This document shows, piece by piece, positions 54,079 to 64,000 of a DNA stretch of 64,000 nucleotides. The number at the start of each line of letters is the position of its first letter. Position 1 is the first letter of the stretch. A model generated the notes under the pieces. The model was not told the origin of the DNA and ran no database searches. It saw nothing but the letters and a program-made list of their open reading frames with translations. Source of the DNA: Candidatus Aminicenantes bacterium (GTDB lineage: Bacteria; Acidobacteriota; Aminicenantia; UBA2199); the NCBI GenBank assembly GCA_029938635.1, contig JAOZUQ010000004.1:8513-72512 (forward strand), in the 5' to 3' direction. Made by a program: the position numbers and the translations under genes.

Positions 54079-55038
54079 ATGGTTAAGAAAATATTATGTA
54101 TAGATGCCGATATGGCAGCTGTTCAGGAGTGTGTAAATGGACTGAGGAAACTAGAACCTGAAATTCTCACTGATTTCTGTGAATCGCTGGATGAAGGACA
54201 GGAACTTTTTAAAGAGAACTATTATGGACTGATAATAATTGATCTTTCTATATTGAACAAAGATATACTCGAATTCATTGAGGATATAAGGAGAGGGAAT
54301 TTTTACGGAGATATTGTCTTCACGGGCAACTATAAGGATCCGTCAACATTAAAGAAGATCCAATTGTTAAAAGAGATTGAAGTTTTGTTAAAGCCGTTTG
54401 ATATTGAATGGTTCGTTTCCAAGGTAAACAGGTATTTCAGGGAAAATATCTCGATCGGGAACAGAATAGATTCCATCGGGCCCTGTTTTTTTATCCGTTT
54501 GCTGAACCTCGGAAGCTGTACCATTACCTGCAAAATATCAAAAGATGATAAGACGGGAATGATATTTTTTGAGACTGGCCAGATAGTTAATGCAAAGTCC
54601 TGGAAGAACTCCGGAGAACTTGCACTTGTTGATCTGCTTGATCTTGCTGATGCAAGGATTGATATAATCGGGGATAAAAAATCAATATCAAGAAAGATCA
54701 ATATGGATTTTAATTCGCTCATTTCAGTCGTATCATCTCAGTCTTCAAAAGGTTGTGTTGACAAAGTGACAGATGAAGGACCTGATAGTTCAGGCTTCAT
54801 TGAGTTTATTATTGATGAGATAAAAAAGAGCGGGGGAATTAACGGGGAGATGATTGTCAATGATGCGGTTATGGCAATGGGATTGAGCACATTTTCATTT
54901 CCGTCGGAAAGCGAAATAGACCTTATCGAACGTGTTTCCGGAGATTTTAAGGACAAGTCAAAAGTATTGAAATTTAAAAAGAATATGATGTCTTATCTGA
55001 AAGACAGAGAGATAGGAAAGATCAGGAAGGGAGGTTGA
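54079..55038 (+). CDS. Receiver-domain-like regulatory protein with a DUF4388-like central domain.
   Basis: 319 aa. The N-terminal ~120 aa have a CheY-like layout (ILCIDAD…IIIDL…LKP). A middle segment (…GPCFFIRLLNLGSCTITCKISKDDKTGMIFFETGQIV…) resembles DUF4388. No HTH seen. Confidence 0.35.
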   Translation: MVKKILCIDADMAAVQECVNGLRKLEPEILTDFCESLDEGQELFKENYYGLIIIDLSILNKDILEFIEDIRRGNFYGDIVFTGNYKDPSTLKKIQLLKEIEVLLKPFDIEWFVSKVNRYFRENISIGNRIDSIGPCFFIRLLNLGSCTITCKISKDDKTGMIFFETGQIVNAKSWKNSGELALVDLLDLADARIDIIGDKKSISRKINMDFNSLISVVSSQSSKGCVDKVTDEGPDSSGFIEFIIDEIKKSGGINGEMIVNDAVMAMGLSTFSFPSESEIDLIERVSGDFKDKSKVLKFKKNMMSYLKDREIGKIRKGG

Positions 55039-55041
55039 ATA

Positions 55042-55407
55042 ATGGAATTTAATTTGATTGTTTCTGTGCTGTTGATCCTGGCCGGTGCAATTTTTCTGGC
55101 TGCATCGATATCGGTTACGAACAGAATCAAAGAGAATGTTCCTGAAGAATTAAAGAAAAAGTGGATGGTTTCATTTGGGTTGATGATATTCTTTCTTGCC
55201 GGGTATGTTTTTGCAATGTTCATCATGTTTTTCAAAGTCTCTGTCCCCCTGGAGATCATTACCGGGGTAATATTCATGGGCGGTGGTGTATTTGTATATA
55301 TAATAATAAGCCTTGCCAGGACTACGATCCAGACCATCGAGGAAAAGGAAGTTGATCTCTGGTTATCAAAAGAAAAACTGAGAAAAAAACTGGAAGAGAG
55401 CGAATAG
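55042..55407 (+). CDS. Small 3-TM membrane protein, hypothetical.
   Basis: 121 aa. GGAGGG RBS 6 nt upstream. Three hydrophobic helices, then a charged tail. Confidence 0.3.
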   Translation: MEFNLIVSVLLILAGAIFLAASISVTNRIKENVPEELKKKWMVSFGLMIFFLAGYVFAMFIMFFKVSVPLEIITGVIFMGGGVFVYIIISLARTTIQTIEEKEVDLWLSKEKLRKKLEESE

Positions 55408-55464
55408 AATTAAAGGAGGAGGTCGGGAGCTATCCTTTTATCAAAAAAATATATAAAAGTCCGG

Positions 55465-56523
55465 TTATAATTCTTCGACGTGGAGTTCCCACTCTTCTTC
55501 ATCTTCATTTTCTAACAGATAGTATAACTTGCCGTTATTGATACTGGAAATGCTCCCTCCTGCAATCTGTGAATTAATGCTGAGTTCGAAGGAATTTGAG
55601 ATATAGACCTTTTTCTTTACCTTTCCCTTCAGGTCCATCACTATGTACTCATCTTTTCCATCCTTTAGATTATATGTCCGGACATAAAGCCTGTCGCCTG
55701 AAGCCTCAATTCCCTTAATGGGGGGGAAATATGCAGAGAAATCCATCTTTATAAATTTTTTCATCTCTTTCCATCCGCCCATTCTGCTGGCTTGCTGTTT
55801 TACCTGCGGGTCATTCTTCAATTTGTTTTCCAACTCTTCTCTGTCCTTTGCTGTTACAGGAAGTTTCGTATACTTTTTTTCTATATCATAAAGTTTGTTT
55901 CCGTTCAGATCGAATACTTCGATAATGAAGCCTTTCGGACTCTCCTCCAGAAATATCTTTTCTTCTGTAATCACAATCGAAACAAATTCCATGGTCATAT
56001 CCAGGACGATTCCGGGAGATCCCTGCTGCTGAACAAATGGCTGACGGTAGAGTTCTTTAAGTTTTTTCATGTCAGAGTTGTAAAGGGTTATGGTCATGTT
56101 ATTTATTTTTCCGTCCTTTGATCGAGCAAACTCTTTTGCGATAAAATTGTTTCCTGCCGGGATCAACTGAAAAACAGCCTGAGTTGTTTTAAACTCACTG
56201 ATAAATTCTCCTGTTTTTGAAAATGATATAGCTTTTCCTATTCCTGTAACAAATATCTTTCCCTTCTGTACTGATATCTTGTTAGGAACATGTGGCAGTT
56301 CAATAAGTTCTCCCGGGCCCTCTCCTTTTTTTCCAAACTTAAATAATAATTTCTGATCGTTAATTGAATATATTGAAAAAGTTGCTCCCTCTGCTAAATA
56401 CAATTTGTTATTTTTTACTACTATCATCGAAGGTCTCATTACTTCCGGCAGAGTGCCTATGAACTCCGGAAATAACATAGAACATAAAAGTACAAGAAAA
56501 ATAAATAGTTTAAATTTTTTCAC
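55465..56523 (-). CDS. Exported hypothetical protein (beta-rich, possibly beta-propeller-like).
   Basis: 352 aa. Signal peptide MKKFKLFIFLVLLCSMLF. Repeated short beta-strand-rich segments. No motif recognised. Confidence 0.3.
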   Translation of the reverse strand: MKKFKLFIFLVLLCSMLFPEFIGTLPEVMRPSMIVVKNNKLYLAEGATFSIYSINDQKLLFKFGKKGEGPGELIELPHVPNKISVQKGKIFVTGIGKAISFSKTGEFISEFKTTQAVFQLIPAGNNFIAKEFARSKDGKINNMTITLYNSDMKKLKELYRQPFVQQQGSPGIVLDMTMEFVSIVITEEKIFLEESPKGFIIEVFDLNGNKLYDIEKKYTKLPVTAKDREELENKLKNDPQVKQQASRMGGWKEMKKFIKMDFSAYFPPIKGIEASGDRLYVRTYNLKDGKDEYIVMDLKGKVKKKVYISNSFELSINSQIAGGSISSINNGKLYYLLENEDEEEWELHVEEL

Positions 56524-56720
56524 ATTAATCTCCTATGCCCGGTTTTTAATATCTGCTATACGAAATAACTGACCGGTTTGTTCCAACACTGTTCAGATTT
56601 TGAGTATTCTTTTGTAGAGGGGTCATCCATTAGCACCATGTGTCCAATATAGTTGCAAACTAAATGTGATATACTTTTTCAACAGAAAAGATACACTGAA
56701 AAAAGGGAATATCAGGAAAA

Positions 56721-59072
56721 ATGGATTTTGATATGAATCGATTGTTCGGCAAGTTAAAAAGATATAAAAAAATATTCATAACTTTACTATCCCTAGTTAT
56801 CTTTTATTCTATTATCCCCCTGCCCGGAGAGATGTTTGACGTTGATCACAGTATAGTCATCAAAGACCGGAACGGGGAATTGCTAAGGGCATTTCTGAAT
56901 GAAGATGAACAATGGCATTTCCCGGATGATCCTGATATTAAATTTTCTGATAAGCTGATCAAGTCTGTAATTAATTTTGAGGACAGGTATTTTTATTATC
57001 ATCCCGGTGTTAATCCGGTCTCACTTTTAAGAGCTTCCATCGGTAATATCACTGCTGGCAAAATAAAGAGTGGTGCCAGTACTATTTCAATGCAGGTTAT
57101 CCGGCTTTCAATGAAGAAAAAAAGAACTCTCCTGAATAAATTGATCGAGATATTTCAGTCAATGAAAATGGAGATAAGATATTCCAAAAAAGAGATATTA
57201 AGGATGTATCTGAACAATGCACCTTATGGAGGGAATATAATCGGGGCCAATGCTGCTTCACTAAGATATTTCGGAAAGGCCCCCTTACACCTTACATGGA
57301 ACGAGGCTGCAATTCTTGCTGTCCTTCCCAACTCTCCGGGGCTGATCTCTCCTCTTTTAAACAGGGATCACCTTATCAGAAAAAAGAACAGGCTCCTTAA
57401 AAAATTGTTTAACAGAGATATTATTTCTGAGGATGTTTACCGGCAGAGTTCATCAGAAAGTGTACCTTCGGGCCTAATACGTTTCCCTTCAATCTCTCCC
57501 CATTTCTCCGAATATATGAAAGGTTTTTATGGAAATAACGGTACTCTGATAAGAACGACCATAGATAGAGAACATCAGATTAGAATTGAGCATCTTATAA
57601 AGGAACATCTAAAATACCTGTCAACATTCGGAATAATGAATGGTTCTGTAGTAGTTGCAGAAACATCCAGTGGAAAAGTGAGAGCATATTGCGGATCCCA
57701 GGATTTTTTTGATTTTGAGAATAATGGCCAGGTGGATGGAGCTAGGGCAGCAAGGTCCTCAGGATCGATCCTGAAGCCATTCCTCTATGCATTGGCCATA
57801 GACGAAGGTGCAGTTCTTGAAAAAACAATCCTTAAAGATATACCTTCCTATTTCGGGTCTTTCTCTCCATCGAATGCTTCCATGAAATTCAGCGGTGTGG
57901 TTACAGTTAAAGAAGCACTTATAAGGTCATTAAATGTCCCTGCTGTAAGGCTTCTGAATTTTTACGGCCTGCATAAGTTTTATCTTTTCCTGAAGAGCAG
58001 CGGATTGACCTCGCTTGTAAGAGATCCGGATGATTATGGCCTTACGTTGATCCTAGGTGGTGCTGAAACAAAACTTACAGATCTGGTGAGGTTATACAGA
58101 GGGCTTGGAAATTATGGCAGGTTTTCTCCTCTGGTATTTTCTCCGGATCATAAGCAGAGAGGTGAGACGAGAGATCTGATAACCCCTGAAGCATCTTACC
58201 TGACACTTAATATGATGAGAGAATTGAAGAGGCCGGGGGCAGAGTTTTACTGGGAACAATATCAGAGCAAAACCCCGATAGCGTGGAAGACCGGAACAAG
58301 CTACGGACAGAGAGATGCATGGTCTGTCGGTGTTAGTCCGGAATGGACAATCGGAGTATGGATTGGCAATTTCAGAGGAGAGGGAAACCCGAAGATAGCC
58401 GGGTATTCATGTGCCGCTCCGATGATGTTCGATATTTTCAATTATCTCCCGAAAGAGAGGTCAGGTGAATGGTTCAAAAGAGATAGATTGAACTTCAAAC
58501 AGGTGGAGCTTTGCAGCAAGACAGGATTCCTGGCAGGGGAAAATTGTAAGGATACAGTGGTTGAAGATGCGCCTCCCGGACCGGGTGTTGTTCCTCTCTG
58601 TCCCTATCACAAGTCTGTTTATGTGACCTTAGATGAAAAATACAGTGTTTGTTCTCTCTGTTGGACGGAGGGGAAATACAAAAAAGTAAAAAAATTATTG
58701 TTTCCCCCTGACGTATCTCAATTTCTCCGGGAAAAAGGGGATATAGTTGATTCCATACCTCCCCATACAAAAGGGTGCTCATTCGGATCGGACTCCAATC
58801 CAATTCAGATACTCTACCCGGTGAAAAATGCCAGAATTCTGATTCCTGTAGATTTCAAAAGAAAAGTTCAGAACATAACTATAAGGGTTGCTCATAAGTT
58901 CAAAGGTAAAGAGATATTCTGGTATATAGATAAAATTTATAAAGGAGTTACAAAAAACAAACATAAAATGATAATTGATCTATCTCCCGGGTGGCATATT
59001 CTCGAAGTTTTAGATTCGGATGGTAACAATGCAAAGAGGAGATTTTATATATCATTCACCAGAAGTTCCTGA
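56721..59072 (+). CDS. pbpC: Penicillin-binding protein 1C-like bifunctional transglycosylase/transpeptidase.
   Basis: 783 aa. GT51 motifs (…FEDRYFYYHPGVNP…, …RLLNFYG…), a transpeptidase domain with SxxK-type region, and a PbpC-type C-terminal domain. Confidence 0.75.
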   Translation: MDFDMNRLFGKLKRYKKIFITLLSLVIFYSIIPLPGEMFDVDHSIVIKDRNGELLRAFLNEDEQWHFPDDPDIKFSDKLIKSVINFEDRYFYYHPGVNPVSLLRASIGNITAGKIKSGASTISMQVIRLSMKKKRTLLNKLIEIFQSMKMEIRYSKKEILRMYLNNAPYGGNIIGANAASLRYFGKAPLHLTWNEAAILAVLPNSPGLISPLLNRDHLIRKKNRLLKKLFNRDIISEDVYRQSSSESVPSGLIRFPSISPHFSEYMKGFYGNNGTLIRTTIDREHQIRIEHLIKEHLKYLSTFGIMNGSVVVAETSSGKVRAYCGSQDFFDFENNGQVDGARAARSSGSILKPFLYALAIDEGAVLEKTILKDIPSYFGSFSPSNASMKFSGVVTVKEALIRSLNVPAVRLLNFYGLHKFYLFLKSSGLTSLVRDPDDYGLTLILGGAETKLTDLVRLYRGLGNYGRFSPLVFSPDHKQRGETRDLITPEASYLTLNMMRELKRPGAEFYWEQYQSKTPIAWKTGTSYGQRDAWSVGVSPEWTIGVWIGNFRGEGNPKIAGYSCAAPMMFDIFNYLPKERSGEWFKRDRLNFKQVELCSKTGFLAGENCKDTVVEDAPPGPGVVPLCPYHKSVYVTLDEKYSVCSLCWTEGKYKKVKKLLFPPDVSQFLREKGDIVDSIPPHTKGCSFGSDSNPIQILYPVKNARILIPVDFKRKVQNITIRVAHKFKGKEIFWYIDKIYKGVTKNKHKMIIDLSPGWHILEVLDSDGNNAKRRFYISFTRSS

Positions 59073-59936
59073 TGAAACTGATATTCTTTTTTTTCTCTCG
59101 GATATCTCATTGTAGATAAGCGCGGATATTATTATCGAGCATCCTGTAAATATTCTGGCCAGGTCTCCCTGCTCTCCGAACACGGTCATGGAAATGATTA
59201 TTGCAAGTGGTATTTTTAGATTATTTAAAACAGAAATTGTTCCTATGCCGGAGCGCCTGACTCCGAAATTCCATAAAAAGAATGCAATACCTGATGATAT
59301 TGTTCCCAGATAGAGGAGGGTAAGTGCTTCCTTTCCTGTTATATAAATGGAGTTGAGATCTACAGTTATCAGGACAGAGATTAAAGTGATTATCATGGCT
59401 CCGAAATAAAGATATGCAAATATATCTCTGTCCCTGATATCTTCTCTGACCTTCATTATCTCTCTATAATATACCTGTCCCCATGCGAAGAAGATATTTG
59501 AAAATTGAAGAAGTATAAATCCGGGGAGAAAAGCTGCGGAAGAGATCCCTTTATAAACAACTACGGCTGTTCCGGATATTACCAGTATAGAGATGATAAA
59601 ATAGTTTCTGTGAAGTTTTTTTTTCATTAAGTCATGTATGACAGAAACATAAAGAGGAGTGAAGATTGTAAAAAGGGCAACTTCATATCCTTTCAGGAAT
59701 CTGTATGAATATATATATGTGATATACATAAGACCGAATTGGATTGCTCCCGTCAAAATCAATTTTAATTTTAATTTTATCTCGATATTCCTGATTTTTA
59801 TGAATGGAAGAAAAACAATAAAAGAAAGGGCAATTCTGATGAATGATATCAGATTTGGATGAAGATCTGTCAGGTTATTTTTGATCAATCCGAAGGAAAA
59901 AGACCAAATAAGAGATGCTGAAAGAAGATAGAGCAT
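59052..59936 (-). CDS. EamA/DMT-family transporter.
   Basis: 294 aa, 10 TM helices in two 5-TM halves. 21-nt convergent overlap with the pbpC 3' end. Confidence 0.55.
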   Translation of the reverse strand: MLYLLSASLIWSFSFGLIKNNLTDLHPNLISFIRIALSFIVFLPFIKIRNIEIKLKLKLILTGAIQFGLMYITYIYSYRFLKGYEVALFTIFTPLYVSVIHDLMKKKLHRNYFIISILVISGTAVVVYKGISSAAFLPGFILLQFSNIFFAWGQVYYREIMKVREDIRDRDIFAYLYFGAMIITLISVLITVDLNSIYITGKEALTLLYLGTISSGIAFFLWNFGVRRSGIGTISVLNNLKIPLAIIISMTVFGEQGDLARIFTGCSIIISALIYNEISERKKRISVSSGTSGE

Positions 59937-61210
59937 TATGGTTTAAGGCCGGCTATGAATCTTGAAATTTCGAAGGAACGTATTTCAAATATATAATCAA
60001 TAATAGCTGCGGCTTCAAGAGAATGTTTACGAAACGCCGGAATATTTACTGCTATTTTCTTCAGTACAGAACCTGAGCTGTAGTACAATGAAATAAGATT
60101 GTCCATGAATGGGAATATCCGTACAAAATCCCTGGCTTTTCTCAGGTTTGCAAGGACTCTCGCTTTGTTCTTCAGTCCGGATCTGGAAACACTCTCCTCC
60201 ATGTAACATTTTTTTGAAAACTCTTCAGGTTCTGAATCATCTCCCGCCGGGTACAACCCGGAAATATAGTCGGTGTAAATTCCGTATGCAGGTTTTTCGG
60301 TAAAGTCACTTTTTAGTATTCCCCATGGCCTTATTTCCGGAGTGGCATCATCCATTATCTTATAAAAAAAGATCTTATCAGGATAATTCCTCTTTTTCAT
60401 CTCCTGTAGAAATTCCAGATACCTGTTCCCCTGTTCCTCTTCTGAGAATAATTCTGTATCCCAACCTGTTTCTGTTATCCAGAATGGCACAGAAGAAAAA
60501 CCGGAGTCATATATAATTTCTTTAACAGAAGGTGTTATGTTTTCTCCGATCACAAGGGATTCAAATATTGCATAAACTCCTGTGTTTTTATAAATATGGT
60601 GGGAAACTATATCTATATATTCTGAACATTCTGTAAGGATATATTTCATCCAGAAATACCACTCACTTCCCTGATTTACGAGATGTGCAAGTTCCGGCCC
60701 TGCAATAAGTGAGAGCGGGCTGTATTTTCTTATAGTTTCAGCTGCAGGCAGGAAAATTTCATCTACAAAGATATCTTTCCCGAGCGCAAAGAAATTTTTC
60801 ACATTAGGTTCGTTCCAGATGTTCCAGTATTGTATATCATTCTTATAACGGCTTACTGTGACTGATACGAAATTCCTCCAGTATTCCAAGTTGTCGGGGG
60901 GGTAGTTCCGGCCTTTATTATTGTTACTCCAGCCCGGAGAAGAACTGAGTACACCGAGAATAGCTAATTGATTCTCTCTACTGTATTTTACTATCCTGTC
61001 TATTTCGCTATAATCAAACTTTCCCTTTTCTTTCTCAATTTGTGACCAATAGAGGTCGATCCGGATCCATTTTATTCCTGAGTCTTTTACCTTGGCGAGA
61101 ATTTCATTACTGCCTGAATGCGCATTGATCCCGAAAGGGGAATCGTTCCCGAAAAAAATAAGAGGGATGAAGATAAGGAAAATAACAAATAATAATTGCT
61201 TTCTTTTCAC
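59936..61210 (-). CDS. Secreted TIM-barrel glycoside hydrolase (GH5/cellulase-like).
   Basis: 424 aa. Signal peptide. NIWNEPNV is the acid/base NEP motif. A downstream WITETGW block is a candidate nucleophile Glu motif. Confidence 0.5.
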   Translation of the reverse strand: MKRKQLLFVIFLIFIPLIFFGNDSPFGINAHSGSNEILAKVKDSGIKWIRIDLYWSQIEKEKGKFDYSEIDRIVKYSRENQLAILGVLSSSPGWSNNNKGRNYPPDNLEYWRNFVSVTVSRYKNDIQYWNIWNEPNVKNFFALGKDIFVDEIFLPAAETIRKYSPLSLIAGPELAHLVNQGSEWYFWMKYILTECSEYIDIVSHHIYKNTGVYAIFESLVIGENITPSVKEIIYDSGFSSVPFWITETGWDTELFSEEEQGNRYLEFLQEMKKRNYPDKIFFYKIMDDATPEIRPWGILKSDFTEKPAYGIYTDYISGLYPAGDDSEPEEFSKKCYMEESVSRSGLKNKARVLANLRKARDFVRIFPFMDNLISLYYSSGSVLKKIAVNIPAFRKHSLEAAAIIDYIFEIRSFEISRFIAGLKP

Positions 61211-61241
61211 TGGTTTATTATAGATTTACAGGCAGATATTG

Positions 61242-63083
61242 TCAATCTGATCTACTGGTGGCATCTTTTAAAAGGCCAGTTAGTTCAGGGGGCAGTTTTA
61301 TCAATGCATCAAGATATTGAGATTTTCTTTTCACCCAATTTGAAGTTGATCTGAGTATCTTCCTGATCTTATTATTAAACAATTCATCCTTTCCAAAATA
61401 GTTGAAGTTTTTCTGCAAAAAATATAATGCCGAAATATAATCAGGTTCCAATTCAATTGCCCTGATTGCTTCTGCTTTTGCCGATTCAGGCTTGTTGAAC
61501 TTTAGCAGTATATGCGCCTTTTCCATTTTTATAAAAGGGTTGAATGGATCGATCTTTTCAAGTTGTTCCAGAGGTGTGATTATTTCTTCAGAAAGCCCGG
61601 GGTAATGCATCCCTTTTTCCAAAATAGTGCGAAATATATCAGATTCAAGGAAGTATGCTTTACTGAAATATGGATTGATCTTCTTGATACTTTTTACATT
61701 ATCGAGGGCGGAATAAAAATAGACCGGATCTGAAGTTTTACGAAATTGTTCAAGCAGGAGAATTGCTCTGTAATTGTAGGGCCTTAAATTCTGCCTGTTG
61801 AATTTCCCTGCTCTTTTTAGAGAATCAAAAATTGTAACCAGATCTTTCTGATTGATCCCTCTGCCTGCCAGAAGTTCTGAATAATAAGGGAATACATACC
61901 CTGTAAATATTATAATGATCAGTATTGATACTGAAATAAATTTCATTATATTCGAGTTGCTAAAAAAGTTTATTTCGCCCTTAAAGAGTATTTTAAGTAA
62001 AAAAATGAAGAGAAAAAAGAAAAATGTCTGGAAAATTATATTAAAAAAGAGAGACTGAAAAAGGAGATAAAGTATCAGTATCTTTGAAATATTGAATAAC
62101 GGCCCTTTAAGTATTCTTCTTAATATAAAGAACAGCGAAAACGAAAGTATAAATATTCCCCATAGCCCGAGTTCAGAAATCATTTTGATATAATCACTAT
62201 GAGGCATCCTTGGAATCTTGAAATAGTTAGCCGGCCCATATTTTTGCTTGAAATTATAGGTTTTTGAAAGTTCACTGAAGTTGTCAGCACCAGAACCGGA
62301 AAATATATTATCTCTGAATATTTTAAGGCCTGTGTTCCATATTTGCAGTCTGTCTGCCGAGTATGGATCTTCATAAATAGAAAAATGGAACATACTTCTG
62401 ATCGGATTCGGGATGATAAATGTCAGCAATATCAGAATCAGGATGACGGGTATTGCTTTTTTATTCTTAGTAAGTACCAGAAGCAGAGAGAAGATCGCAA
62501 CACCCAGGAAGGCTGCTTTTGATTGAGAAATGTACAGAGCTGCAAGATTAAGAAAAATCAGTGACAGGTAGGTATAGTTGATCTTTTTCAGAAAATAGTA
62601 AAGAAAAATTAATGATCCGATTCCGGAAGTTATCCCGGCCATGATCGGATTGAGGAAAAACAGGTCGCGTGTATCTGAAAAGAGAAAAATGATAATTGAA
62701 ATAAATGAAAACACAGAAATAATAGTTCCGAAAATCTTAATATTTCGCTCTTCTTCTTTCTCCTCTATCAAATGGAGTATAAAATAAGCGGAGATCAAAA
62801 ACACATCAAAAAAGAATAAAAGGGACTTAAAAAAATAGACAGAAAATATTGTTGAAACCAGGAGTAGGGTGTTTACAAGTAATAATGCTCTTGTAAAATT
62901 TGAAATACCTATGTTTTTCGAAATTATTATTTTCCGGATCAGGAAAGTGATCATCAGGACAGCAAATATCATAAAATAATAGAATGAGGATTTTTCAGGA
63001 AAGAAGATCAGGAATATCAGGATCGAGATCAATTCAACATCTTCATTCAGAGATCTGAGTTTAAAAAGGAGATTAGAAATCAT
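61242..63083 (-). CDS. O-antigen-ligase-like (Wzy_C) polytopic membrane protein with C-terminal TPR-like repeats.
   Basis: 613 aa, more than 10 TM in the first ~400 aa. Helical-repeat C-terminus (…AIRAIELEPDYISALYFLQKNFNYFG…). 4-bp overlap with the upstream ORF. Confidence 0.4.
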   Translation of the reverse strand: MISNLLFKLRSLNEDVELISILIFLIFFPEKSSFYYFMIFAVLMITFLIRKIIISKNIGISNFTRALLLVNTLLLVSTIFSVYFFKSLLFFFDVFLISAYFILHLIEEKEEERNIKIFGTIISVFSFISIIIFLFSDTRDLFFLNPIMAGITSGIGSLIFLYYFLKKINYTYLSLIFLNLAALYISQSKAAFLGVAIFSLLLVLTKNKKAIPVILILILLTFIIPNPIRSMFHFSIYEDPYSADRLQIWNTGLKIFRDNIFSGSGADNFSELSKTYNFKQKYGPANYFKIPRMPHSDYIKMISELGLWGIFILSFSLFFILRRILKGPLFNISKILILYLLFQSLFFNIIFQTFFFFLFIFLLKILFKGEINFFSNSNIMKFISVSILIIIIFTGYVFPYYSELLAGRGINQKDLVTIFDSLKRAGKFNRQNLRPYNYRAILLLEQFRKTSDPVYFYSALDNVKSIKKINPYFSKAYFLESDIFRTILEKGMHYPGLSEEIITPLEQLEKIDPFNPFIKMEKAHILLKFNKPESAKAEAIRAIELEPDYISALYFLQKNFNYFGKDELFNNKIRKILRSTSNWVKRKSQYLDALIKLPPELTGLLKDATSRSD

Positions 63084-63985
63084 TGTTCTGTGTCTCCATC
63101 TGAATCGTCTTTGCTAAGATCTTTGCTTAGATTATCGTTCAGGAAATCATACCAGGATTTGTATTCACTATTCCTTTTGTTAAGAGATATGGCTTTTCCT
63201 GCATGATAAAATGAAGTGAGATATTTTTTCTTCATATACAATATCCTTGATCTGAGGAAGTGGGCATAAGGGGTCAGCCCGTTAAGTGCAATTACTTTTT
63301 TCAGATATTTATTGCTTTTGTTAATATCTCCTGCTGCATAAGAGGTTTTTGCCAGTCCCAAAAGCGATTTGTGATTGAATTTATTAAAGCGAAGGCTTTT
63401 CAGGAAATATCCTTCCGCTTTACTTATCCTGTTGAAATTAAGATGAAAGGACCCGGTCTTTCTTACACCGGAGGAAATGAAAATGAAAAGCTGAGGGATC
63501 ATCAATATCAATGTGACAAAGACTGTAATTTTTGGAAGTGGTGCTTTTCTTCTGTACAATTGAGAAAGAACCAAAGCAAGCAGGAGGGATGCGGAGAAAA
63601 AATATAATCCGATATCGATAAGGTTGTATAGAAGAATAATAAATAAAATTGATATATATAGAGCATTTTCCTTATTAAATTCAGGGATGAGCTTTTTTCG
63701 TAATAAAATAATAAGTGATAATACAAGCAAAATAAAAACCAGCCCTCCTTCTGCGGTTATTTGAAGAATGAAATTATGTGAGTAAATTGAGCGTGCTTCA
63801 CCAGGGAGTGTAAACATTGATATTTTCGACTCATAATTGCCAAGGCCGTTTCCAAAAAGAGGCCTGGCCTCTATCATTCTAGCCGCCTGGTTCCAATTAG
63901 AAATTCTTAATTTAACAGGGTCAAGTTTTTTTGCTTCTGAAAATCTTAAACCAATAATAATAAAAAGGAATACTGACAAGGTCAT
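63080..63985 (-). CDS. Membrane protein with a TPR-like C-terminal region. May be 5' truncated at the window edge.
   Basis: 301 aa. TM helices plus TPR-like segment (…LAKTSYAAGDINKSNKYLKKVIALNGLTPYAHFLRSRIL…). The frame stays open to position 64000 on the minus strand, so the true start may lie outside the window. Confidence 0.3.
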   Translation of the reverse strand: MTLSVFLFIIIGLRFSEAKKLDPVKLRISNWNQAARMIEARPLFGNGLGNYESKISMFTLPGEARSIYSHNFILQITAEGGLVFILLVLSLIILLRKKLIPEFNKENALYISILFIILLYNLIDIGLYFFSASLLLALVLSQLYRRKAPLPKITVFVTLILMIPQLFIFISSGVRKTGSFHLNFNRISKAEGYFLKSLRFNKFNHKSLLGLAKTSYAAGDINKSNKYLKKVIALNGLTPYAHFLRSRILYMKKKYLTSFYHAGKAISLNKRNSEYKSWYDFLNDNLSKDLSKDDSDGDTEQ

Positions 63986-64000
63986 AAGGAGGGGTATTAA

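Noticed and set aside
1-64000. Mobile elements or a defence system (transposase, integrase, restriction-modification, toxin-antitoxin, CRISPR-Cas).
   Set aside because: No ORF shows DDE/tyrosine-recombinase, nuclease/helicase or Cas-like motifs. No terminal inverted repeats or tRNA integration site was found. The tandem paralogs look like local duplications rather than IS-mediated insertions.
63986-64000. Apparent start of the 63080..63985 ORF at the ATG at 63985.
   Set aside because: The minus-strand frame remains open through the last 15 nt of the window (L-I-P-L-L-M with no stop), and there is no RBS. The gene probably begins outside the window, so the start is not asserted.

Overview
Low-GC (about 33%), densely coded bacterial window. 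The OMP-like C-terminal Phe proteins, lipoboxes and the Wzx/Wzy machinery suggest a diderm. I could not call the taxon from sequence alone.

Most of the window is devoted to glycan and surface-protein biology.

(i) Left block, 2.3-14 kb: a PMT/ArnT-like GT-C membrane glycosyltransferase, a CE4 polysaccharide deacetylase, a NodU/CmcH carbamoyltransferase, and a minus-strand translationally coupled trio (PF00884 'sulfatase-family' protein, a tandem alpha/beta-hydrolase-like protein, an FGE-sulfatase-domain protein). A second sulfatase-family lipoprotein follows.

(ii) Centre, 14.2-21.7 kb: a 1077-aa secreted protein with a beta-propeller-like N-terminus followed by about seven ~99-aa Ig-like (Kre9/KNH-like) repeats. 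After it come three tandem paralogous secreted repeat-protein genes. Each has its own near-identical sigma70-like promoter (xTGAGA-N17-TAT(A/T)AT), RBS and intrinsic terminator. Their N-terminal modules are conserved and their C-terminal modules diverge.

(iii) 21.8-46.1 kb: a large Wzx/Wzy-type polysaccharide or glycoprotein-glycan cluster. It contains a Wzz-like protein, three clear sulfotransferases and one degenerate one, two SAM methyltransferases, two paralogous GT-C-like membrane proteins, another Thr-type sulfatase-family protein, Wzx, Wzy_C-like proteins, GT2 and GT4 enzymes, a UDP-GlcA-epimerase-like SDR and a WbaP-like initiating phosphotransferase.

(iv) Right side: a housekeeping minus-strand operon ispH-rpsA-HIT-[sulfatase-like lipoprotein]-hisS-aspS with 4-bp overlaps. 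Then a receiver-domain protein, pbpC, an EamA transporter, a GH5-like hydrolase and two more Wzy_C/TPR membrane proteins.

No CRISPR array, rRNA, tRNA, transposase or integrase was seen.

The most interesting hypothesis is a surface (glyco)protein system: the repeat proteins have Ser/Thr-rich linkers, and PMT-like GT-C enzymes plus O-antigen-ligase-like (PglL/WsaB-like) candidates sit nearby. The neighbouring cluster could supply sulfated and methylated glycan.
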